Virus record (IMG/VR): IMGVR_UViG_3300050029_000114
Coordinates: 22,052-86,051 of that record
Direction: 5' to 3' (one strand)
Length of the DNA stretch: 64,000 nt
Source of the DNA: a virus
Shown: piece after piece, positions 35,526 through 42,804 of the stretch
How positions within the stretch are numbered: the stretch's first letter is position 1
Layout of the letters: every line of letters starts with the position of its first letter
Translations under genes and position numbers: made by a program
Notes under the pieces: generated by a model
Databases searched by the model: none
The model's input: the letters and a program-made list of their open reading frames with translations, nothing else
Told to the model about the DNA's origin: nothing

Positions 35526-37304
35526 TCAGGAACCGCTCAGGCAAAGGCTGGACGTGTCGACGGTGCTGGCCGTCTGGCCGTTCGGGCAGATGTCGAACTG
35601 CAAGCTGATCGACTCGTGGCCCCTGAAGATCGCCTTCTCGAACGTCTCCGAGAACATCTGGAAGTTGTTCGTGGCGTTGAGCGTCGAGTCGCGGATCATG
35701 CCCAGGTTGAGCTCTCCGCCGTCGAGGAACATCCAGCTTCCCTCCGGGTACAGCCAGGTGATCACGTCCTGGCTCCACGGGAGCAGCAGTCCGGCGCCCT
35801 GCACGCCGAAGCCCTGGCCGGACTGGCCGGTCGGGGCGTCCATCGTGCGGGTCGTGTTGATCTGCCGGACAGCGAAGAAGTTGTCGATCTGCGCGTCCGT
35901 CACTGCAAGCCGTTCGGCGCCGCTGCCGCTGTCGCCGGGAAGCTGGCGGGCCAGGTCGACCCGGATCACGTAGTCGAGCCAGTCCGGGTACACGAACCGC
36001 AGCGGGGCGTCCGGGTCCATCCGGTGCCGGTACCGCATGGCGGCGGCGGCCCGGTCGACAATCGCGAGTACGTCTCGGGCTGCGCCGAGCAGGATCGTCT
36101 CGCCGAACGCTGTCGTCGAACCCGTGATCATCGCCGCCTGCAACGTGGCCTCGGCGAGCCGTGCGTGCACGGCGTCGACCTCCTCCAAGTATTGGGCGAT
36201 CTGCTCGGGGAAGTACCGGGACTGGAAGTTGCCGAACTGAGCGATCGACGTGACCGCGTCGACGGTGCTCTCCTGCACGTTCTGGCAAAGGAATGTGGCG
36301 TGGGGCTTCAGGGCCGGGCTCACCGGGTTGGCGTCGTTCGCAGCGGTCCAAAGTGCGGCCGGGCCGTCGGCGGTCACCTGGGCGAGCGTGTGCGGCAAGA
36401 TGTACCGCAATCCGCCTCGGGTCGCCCCGAACTGCGCCATCGCGCCTTTCACGGGCCGGTCAGCGACGCTGATCCCGGCGACGTTGTAATCCACGCCAAC
36501 CGGGCCGCAGATGCCGCCGCTGGCGGTCAGTCCGGCCTCGGCGGCGGCCGCGGCCATCGCTGCGGGCTCCAACACGGCCCGAACCTTGCGGTCGTTGTTC
36601 GCGGCGTCCTGATCGAGCCACCGGTCGGCCGGGTACATCGGCTTGCTGTCGATCATGCCCAACGGGATGAACTCGCCATTCCCGGCATCGCTGCTGACCT
36701 TCATCACGGCGTCGATCCGCTTTTTGGCGGAGTGGGCGAACTTCTCGATGTCGAGCGGTTCGCCCGGCACGATGCCCGGCAGGTCGGCTGAAGCGACCAG
36801 CGAAGGCCGGACCCTGGTCACGGCGTCGGTCGCGGTCGCGGTCGGCCGGTGGGCCCTGGGGGTCCGGCTCGCCAGTCGGCTGATGCGGGGCAGCACCGGC
36901 TCGGGGGCGCCCCCGCTGGCGGCGACGGGCACCGGCTCGGGCTCGACCGTCTCCTCCGCCTCTCCCGTGGTGGGCTCGGGCTCGGTTGCTGTCTCCGCGG
37001 CGGTCGGGTCGCCCTCGGCGACCGTCTCGGCCGGGGCCTCGGCGGGAAGCTCGGCGAGCAGTTCGGCGGCCTGGGCGACGCGCTCGGCACGCTCATCGGC
37101 GTGGGCCTGAAGCTGAGCCTCAATCTCGCGGTTGCGGTCGCGGGCCTCCGTCAACACCGCGATGTCGTCGGCCGACGGGTCGGCCCGGTCAACCGTGGCG
37201 ACTCGCTCGGCGATCGCGGCCTGGAGGGCGTGAAGCTCCTCGTCGGTCAGCGGGTTCGCCTCGTCGTGGAGACGCTCCAACAGGGCAAGCAGTTCCGGGT
37301 CCAT
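35526..37304 (-). CDS. major capsid (hexamer) protein with N-terminal scaffold-like region
   Basis: acidic coiled N-terminus, LTASGGICGP..DY, ATRGGLRY, FGNFQSRYFPE, LNLGMIRDSTLNATNNFQMFSE; GGAGG RBS. Confidence 0.9.
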   Translation of the reverse strand: MDPELLALLERLHDEANPLTDEELHALQAAIAERVATVDRADPSADDIAVLTEARDRNREIEAQLQAHADERAERVAQAAELLAELPAEAPAETVAEGDPTAAETATEPEPTTGEAEETVEPEPVPVAASGGAPEPVLPRISRLASRTPRAHRPTATATDAVTRVRPSLVASADLPGIVPGEPLDIEKFAHSAKKRIDAVMKVSSDAGNGEFIPLGMIDSKPMYPADRWLDQDAANNDRKVRAVLEPAAMAAAAAEAGLTASGGICGPVGVDYNVAGISVADRPVKGAMAQFGATRGGLRYILPHTLAQVTADGPAALWTAANDANPVSPALKPHATFLCQNVQESTVDAVTSIAQFGNFQSRYFPEQIAQYLEEVDAVHARLAEATLQAAMITGSTTAFGETILLGAARDVLAIVDRAAAAMRYRHRMDPDAPLRFVYPDWLDYVIRVDLARQLPGDSGSGAERLAVTDAQIDNFFAVRQINTTRTMDAPTGQSGQGFGVQGAGLLLPWSQDVITWLYPEGSWMFLDGGELNLGMIRDSTLNATNNFQMFSETFEKAIFRGHESISLQFDICPNGQTASTVDTSSLCLSGS

Positions 37305-37440
37305 CCGATTCCTCCAAGGTGAGCACAGCGGTTTGGGATACATCTCACGAGGGCGAGAACCGGCGGCCGGGCGACTGCGTGGCCTCGGCTGGCCTTTAGG
37401 ATCGGACTAGGTGCGACCCCGCTCTATCTCTTGCCGGGGC

Positions 37441-37455
37441 AGGGTAGCGCGGATA
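37441..37455 (-). promoter_or_regulatory. capsid operon promoter (tatccgcgc-TACCCT) followed by a ~130-nt leader
   Basis: degenerate member of the gcgc-TAnnnT family in the non-coding gap 37305-37482. Confidence 0.5.
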
Positions 37456-37482
37456 TGAACGGCGTGGGGTGGATGGCGCGCG

Positions 37483-38124
37483 CTACGAGCCTGCTGGGCC
37501 TTGGAACGGCGGCCAGTAGGAGAGCGGCAGGCTCGGGTCGTTGAACGGGTTATCCCACATCCCGTCGGGCCCGTTCGTGCCTCCCCACTTGCGTTTCATG
37601 TAAGCGATCAGCCGGTCGATAGGGACGTGGGCCCCGCCGAGGTCGACGCCGTGCCGGAACCCTGCCATCGCCACGTCCACGCTCACCTTCAGCCAGTACG
37701 GCTCGCTCAGGTTGAACCCTCGGGCGATCCGGTGCCCATAGTCGAAGTCCTCGTAGTAGCCCGGGTAGAAGTTCTCGTCGAACAACCCCACCGTCTCTAG
37801 GGCGCGCCGGTTGAAGGCGATCAGGTGCCAGCCGATCCCGTGGGCGGCCTCGACGGCCACGGCCTCCGGGTTGGCGTCGAGCGCGTCGATGAAGTCCTGG
37901 CCGCCGGGCTCGCCGAACCGGATCGACGCCGAACACACGATCAGCCAGTCGGCCTTCTCGTTGAGAACCTTGCGGGCCCCGACGTTCCATGCTGCCGCCA
38001 CGCCGTGGTTGATCCGGCTGTTGTCGACGACGATGATCCGGCCGGGCAGCAGGCGGCAGCTAGCGAGGCAGCGGTCGGTCCACGGCTGGTGGATCGACGG
38101 GATCACCATGAAGTACTCGGTCAC
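37483..38124 (-). CDS. GT2-family glycosyltransferase
   Basis: VIPS...IIVVDNS..NHGVAAAWNVG...VGLFDENFYPGYYEDFDY; GTGA-coupled start at 38124. Confidence 0.85.
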   Translation of the reverse strand: MTEYFMVIPSIHQPWTDRCLASCRLLPGRIIVVDNSRINHGVAAAWNVGARKVLNEKADWLIVCSASIRFGEPGGQDFIDALDANPEAVAVEAAHGIGWHLIAFNRRALETVGLFDENFYPGYYEDFDYGHRIARGFNLSEPYWLKVSVDVAMAGFRHGVDLGGAHVPIDRLIAYMKRKWGGTNGPDGMWDNPFNDPSLPLSYWPPFQGPAGS

Positions 38125-38825
38125 GGGCGCGGCTTGAACATGTAGTGGTGCTCGTGGTCGAACGCCAGGAACGTCTCCTCGTACCGGTGGAGGCGCATGT
38201 GGGTGAGCAGGTCGTCGGGGGTGTCGCCGTAGCGGTCCCGCATGAACTCGGGGTGGACCGAGATGAAGAAGATCGGTCGGTCCTCCTCCAGCAGCCGTCC
38301 GGCCCCAAGGATCATGCGGTACTCGGCGCCCTCGATGTCGACGGTCACCACGTCCGGTCGGCGCTCGATGCGGGCCGTGAACGTGTTGAGCGTGATCGTC
38401 GGGCAGTCCGGTCGCTCGTCGATGTGCAGGAACCCGTGGTCGAGGATCGTCTCCCCGGTAGCGCAGTCCGGCCAGCCTGTCTCCGGGCTCAACGGCCAGT
38501 GCGGCCGCGTGATGTTGTCTGTCTCCCCGGCGAACCCCACGAAGCAAGCCTCGGGTTCGCCGGGCACGTTCGCCTCCCACACCGTCCGTATGTTCGGCCA
38601 CACCTTCGGGTTCGGCTCGATCATTGCCACGTCCGCGCCCCAAGTCGCCCAAAGGGTCGGCAGGTCGCCCTCCTCAGCGCCCACGTCGACCACGAAGTCG
38701 CCCGGCCGTATGACCGAGTACATGGCCGCCAGGCGTTCCTTCTCCCAATACGGCCAGGCGATCCAACTGGCCCGCGGTTCGCCCAACTCCAGCGGCCACC
38801 GGTCGTTGATCCGTATGAGCGTCAC
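38121..38825 (-). CDS. FkbM-family methyltransferase
   Basis: PGDFVVDVGAEEG, IEPNP, VDIEGAEYRMILGA..LL...RP; GTGA-coupled start. Confidence 0.85.
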   Translation of the reverse strand: MTLIRINDRWPLELGEPRASWIAWPYWEKERLAAMYSVIRPGDFVVDVGAEEGDLPTLWATWGADVAMIEPNPKVWPNIRTVWEANVPGEPEACFVGFAGETDNITRPHWPLSPETGWPDCATGETILDHGFLHIDERPDCPTITLNTFTARIERRPDVVTVDIEGAEYRMILGAGRLLEEDRPIFFISVHPEFMRDRYGDTPDDLLTHMRLHRYEETFLAFDHEHHYMFKPRP

Positions 38826-39478
38826 CGTTCCGCCACGTGCCAGCGCCAGTCCGGGTAGCGGCCACCCATGCCGTCCTGCTCGGCGTGGACCGACGTGAGC
38901 CCGGCGTCGGCGATCCATCCCTGAACTAGCTCGTCGGGCAGGTGGCCCTCGTCCTCGAAGTCGATGTCCGAGACGATCTGGAAGATGAACCGCCCACCCG
39001 GCCGCAACACCCGGCCGACGGCGTTCACTATCGCCGCGGCGTCGGGCCTGGTCAGGTGTTGGAGGACAACGACCGAGAACGCCGCATCGTAGGGCTCGTG
39101 GCCCCGGAACAGGCGCAGGTCGGCTGCCCCTCCCAGCATCCACGTCACGTTCCCGGTCCCGGCCGCGGCCGCCTCTATCCCGGCGAGCGCCAGCATCCGG
39201 TGGCTCGGGTCGATGCCCAACACCCGGGCGTCCGGGTGGGCGAGAGCGACCGGGATTGTCAGCCGTCCGCAGCCGCACCCGACATCGAGCAGCCGGGTGT
39301 ACGGGCCCGGCGGAAGATGTGTCTCGATCTGTTTCAGGCACAGGTCGGTCGTGTACTGCCACTGGCCGGGCGTCTCCGCCCAAACCTCCATGCGCGCCGT
39401 CTCGATGTCCGGCGCCAGGGAGTCCCAATAGCGGCCTGCTCCGCTCGTCACTATCCCTCCGGGGGCTCGCTCGATCAC
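38822..39478 (-). CDS. class I SAM-dependent methyltransferase
   Basis: LLDVGCGCGRL, GIDPSHRML, VLQHL, VLRPGGRF. Confidence 0.9.
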   Translation of the reverse strand: MIERAPGGIVTSGAGRYWDSLAPDIETARMEVWAETPGQWQYTTDLCLKQIETHLPPGPYTRLLDVGCGCGRLTIPVALAHPDARVLGIDPSHRMLALAGIEAAAAGTGNVTWMLGGAADLRLFRGHEPYDAAFSVVVLQHLTRPDAAAIVNAVGRVLRPGGRFIFQIVSDIDFEDEGHLPDELVQGWIADAGLTSVHAEQDGMGGRYPDWRWHVAER

Positions 39479-40302
39479 GTTCGGCGCGGTGCCCGTTTCT
39501 TGACCGGTCGGGCCGCCACGGCGGCCGATGTGACCTTCTTCTCCTCCTCAACGATCTTCTGCTGCCGCATCCGGTCGGCAAGGATCGCTTCTAGCTCCTC
39601 GATCCGAGCGTCTAGCTCCTCGATCCGCTCCTCCGCCGTCGCGACGGCCGCCAGGTCGTCGGGGTCGGGTTGCTTGCCCGCCCTCTCGTCCAGTCGCATC
39701 ACCCGCCGTAACGCTGCCAGCGCAAGCACGGTCTGTGCCCGTTCGTCCTTGCGGGCGTCCAGTTCTTCCTTGCGGGCAGCCGTCATATCGCTATTGACCA
39801 GCGTGTGAATCTGCTTCAGTTGGGATTCGGTTACCACGGCGCGCTCCTCGGCGAGCCGGGCAACCTCGTCGAGTGCTCGCTTCGATTCGGCCTGGGCGTC
39901 AAGAAGTAGCTTCGCTGCCGTGGCAGCCTGGGTCGCCGCCTCCTCGGTCCGGGCTGCCAGGGTCGCAGCGGCGATGGCCCTCTGCTTGTCGGCCTCGTCG
40001 GTGCGCTCACGCAGCGTCACGGCCGCCTCGGCCGCCAGCGTTGCCGCCTCTTTCGCCTGTTGGGCAACCTCGTCGGTCCGGGTGATGGATTCGGCCTGGG
40101 CAGCCTGCAACAGCGTCGCCGCCTTGGCGGCCTCGGCAGCGGCGGCAGCGGCGGTCGCTGCTCGGGCTTCCTCGCGCTTGTCCTGCCTATCCCACTCCTC
40201 GCGCCGGGCGCTACGAGCCTGCTTGCCGTTTAGCAACGATAGGGAGACTCCGGTTATCAGCGCGACTAATGCCGCCCCGAGGATCCCGTACACCTGGGTC
40301 AC
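39475..40302 (-). CDS. membrane-anchored coiled-coil protein
   Basis: N-terminal TM (GILGAALVALITGVSL), Ala/Glu coiled coil, QIHTLVNSDM motif. Confidence 0.65.
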   Translation of the reverse strand: MTQVYGILGAALVALITGVSLSLLNGKQARSARREEWDRQDKREEARAATAAAAAAEAAKAATLLQAAQAESITRTDEVAQQAKEAATLAAEAAVTLRERTDEADKQRAIAAATLAARTEEAATQAATAAKLLLDAQAESKRALDEVARLAEERAVVTESQLKQIHTLVNSDMTAARKEELDARKDERAQTVLALAALRRVMRLDERAGKQPDPDDLAAVATAEERIEELDARIEELEAILADRMRQQKIVEEEKKVTSAAVAARPVKKRAPRRT

Positions 40303-40310
40303 GGAGGCCC

Positions 40311-42323
40311 TCAGCCCTGCATCGAGGCGACCAGCCGCTCCGCTGCCACCGGGCGCAACGGGGCGATGGTCGCTTCGGCCGTGGCGACTCGGGCCGTCAG
40401 GTCGGCTATCTGCTGCGCCTGCTCGGCCTGCGCCCGCTCCCACGGCATCGGCTGCCGGATAACGCCAGACGCCACGAGGGCTGTGACGGTCCCGTTGGCG
40501 AATGCGGCGTGCGGGTCGCCGATCGGCGCTACAAGCCCGCTGGCGGCCGCTGAGGCGGCTATCCCGGCGATCGGGAAGCCCGGGACTGTCACCCCGGCCA
40601 AGATGGCAACAAGGTCCAGTCCTTTGCCCGACCATACGCTCCGCCAGTCGCCCGAGGTCGAGCACGCGGCGAACGCCTGCACCTGCGCCTCGGTGGCGTC
40701 GAACTTGACGACCCCGGCTATCCACGGCCCGAAGTCGTCATCCCCGGCCACGACCTGCGCCATGCGCTCCACTCCGGGCCCGCCGTCGTAGTGGGCTCGG
40801 ACCGCCTCAACGCTCATCGCTCGGGTCGTGCTGGCATGCCCGCATCCCATCGATAGATGACCGACGTGGACGATGCCGCCCTCGGCCGTCAGGAACGGCC
40901 GCATGTTGAACGCTGCGTACCCGGTCTGGCTGCGCGGCGGGGTCATGCACCGGTCGGTGTACCCGGTGTGGCACGAGAACCAACTGGCGATGTGCCCGTA
41001 CACTCGGCGCCACCCATTCTCGTCGGGCGCCTCGATCGTCAATGGGCAGGCGTACCGGCCGTTCGGCTGGCGGACCATGCGCCGGTCGCCGACGTGGAAT
41101 CCCGGGTTCTCGAAGTACCGTGCTGGCGGCGGGCTCGGCGGCTGGGCGGCAGCCAGGACCGGTTCTGGCTCGGGGTGAAGCTCGGCGGTCGTGGCGGCCT
41201 GCTCGGCGCACTCGACGCACGGCTCGTCAACGGTCGCGCTCGCAGCGACCTGCCCGGCGGTCGGGGCGGTGTCGGCCTCGATGAACGCATCCTCGAACGC
41301 CGGGAACGGCGTCATCGTCAGGCCCATCACCCGGATCAGGCTGAACTTCACGATCCCGTCGATGCAGTCGCCGTCCATGTCCCGCTCGGTGCACTCGAAC
41401 TCGCCTTCGCTCTCGCACACGTCGATCGAAACGCCGAACTTGCCGCGGGCCGCCACGATCTGCTCGGCCTGACGGCCTGCGTCGCTGTCGTCGTAGAAGC
41501 CTTTGCCCATAGCGACCTGGCTGACCGTCCCGACGCCAGTGATCGCCCCCGCCAGGACGGCGCCATAGTGGCCGCCCTCGGTGACGGTCTGGAGCATGAG
41601 CGGTTGCGGCGGGTTCCTGTACTCGATGGCCCCCGGGTTGATGTACCGGCCGTCGCCGGTCGGCTTGCCCTCGTACGCCATCTCGCTCCGCCATCCGCCC
41701 GCCAGCACCGGCCGGTCGCCTTGTGCTAGCTGCTCGGCGAGCGCATCCATCACGGATACATAGCCGCCAGTAACGTCCGGCGTCCCAGCCCACTCCGCGG
41801 TCGGCACCGCGGCGGCCGCGGTCAGCCCGGCCTCGGTCCAGTTCTTCGCGTCGATGAGCCGCCAGTCGGCGCCGTCCTGCTCCACGCCGAACCGGGCCCC
41901 TAGCCGGGCCATCGTCTCGGCAACTGGCTCCCAGGTGCCGCCTGTCTCCGCGCTGGCGATGAACTGGTCGATCCCTAGCGGCTGGGCGTGCTCGACCGTC
42001 CCACCGGTCAGCATCCCGGCGGCAAGGACAGCCGCGCCGTGGCCGTGGCCGTGGTTCGCGTCGCCGCTGTGGCTGTGCTGATGGTCATGGGTCGTGTCGC
42101 CTCCCTGGCTGCCGTAGCTCGGGTGCGGGTGACTGTGATTGCCGTCAATGGGCGCGTGGGCGGCGGCAAGCTCGACCCCGAACGGGGCGACAGGGCGCGC
42201 CGTGTTGGTGAAGGTCGTGCCGGTCACGTCGCCGACCGCGACGCCTCCTCCGGGCGGGAGATGATCAGCCGGTACCCCGGGCGGCTGTCCGGGTGCGTGC
42301 CGCTCGAACAGCTTCGACTTCAT
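40311..42323 (-). CDS. capsid maturation protease (cluster B-like) with His-rich N-terminal segment
   Basis: EGKPTGDGR, PFPAFEDA, RVYGHIASW..CHTG, PPRS..GY..F, AHYD, G.WIAG, SGDWR, VPGFP. Confidence 0.8.
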   Translation of the reverse strand: MKSKLFERHAPGQPPGVPADHLPPGGGVAVGDVTGTTFTNTARPVAPFGVELAAAHAPIDGNHSHPHPSYGSQGGDTTHDHQHSHSGDANHGHGHGAAVLAAGMLTGGTVEHAQPLGIDQFIASAETGGTWEPVAETMARLGARFGVEQDGADWRLIDAKNWTEAGLTAAAAVPTAEWAGTPDVTGGYVSVMDALAEQLAQGDRPVLAGGWRSEMAYEGKPTGDGRYINPGAIEYRNPPQPLMLQTVTEGGHYGAVLAGAITGVGTVSQVAMGKGFYDDSDAGRQAEQIVAARGKFGVSIDVCESEGEFECTERDMDGDCIDGIVKFSLIRVMGLTMTPFPAFEDAFIEADTAPTAGQVAASATVDEPCVECAEQAATTAELHPEPEPVLAAAQPPSPPPARYFENPGFHVGDRRMVRQPNGRYACPLTIEAPDENGWRRVYGHIASWFSCHTGYTDRCMTPPRSQTGYAAFNMRPFLTAEGGIVHVGHLSMGCGHASTTRAMSVEAVRAHYDGGPGVERMAQVVAGDDDFGPWIAGVVKFDATEAQVQAFAACSTSGDWRSVWSGKGLDLVAILAGVTVPGFPIAGIAASAAASGLVAPIGDPHAAFANGTVTALVASGVIRQPMPWERAQAEQAQQIADLTARVATAEATIAPLRPVAAERLVASMQG

Positions 42324-42387
42324 GGGCGTGCCTCCTCGCGAACCTGCCTCATCCGCATGAGGGTAGCGTCCCGGCGCCCTGGACGCG

Positions 42388-42735
42388 AAGATGCCCCCGG
42401 CGGATCAGGCCGAGGGCATCGTTCGCTGCTGCTATCAGGCCAGCCGTATTGTCGCCGTGCCTCCCCGGATCGTGCGCACTCCCCGGTTACCTCGGGCTAT
42501 CGTCCGACTGTTCTCCGTGTTCGCTCCCCTTACCGTTCGGGCTCCCGCTGGCTTCATTCAGGAATCCCCCGTGCTCTGCCCGGGTGGTGGTCGTTAGTCG
42601 TCAGGCCAGGTTCACAGCCGTACTTGCGAAGGCACATCCACGGTCCTGCGTGGGCTCGCCCGGATCGCACCGGACCCGATAAGGCCCCCTCCCTCGGGGA
42701 TACGCCCATCGGCCAAACGTGAGAGCCCCGCCGGG
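42388..42735 (-). ncRNA. candidate ~340-nt structured non-coding RNA
   Basis: no credible ORF between a CTAG-doublet promoter and a hairpin at 42390-42420; internal helices and repeats. Confidence 0.4.
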
Positions 42736-42764
42736 GCCGGAGTCCTACCCCGCTATAGGTTATC

Positions 42765-42781
42765 TGTCTAGAGGGTTCTAG
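42765..42781 (-). promoter_or_regulatory. CTAG-doublet box CTAGAACCCTCTAGACA
   Basis: TAGACA-N17-TAGGAC. Confidence 0.65.
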
Positions 42782-42804
42782 CGGATTTCTGAGATTTCTT
42801 TCGG

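Noticed and set aside
42388-42735. tmRNA, RNase P RNA or hammerhead ribozyme identity for the long gap
   Set aside because: No tRNA-like 3' end with CCA and no GAGGAAAGUCC; CUGACGA is present without a GAAA core.
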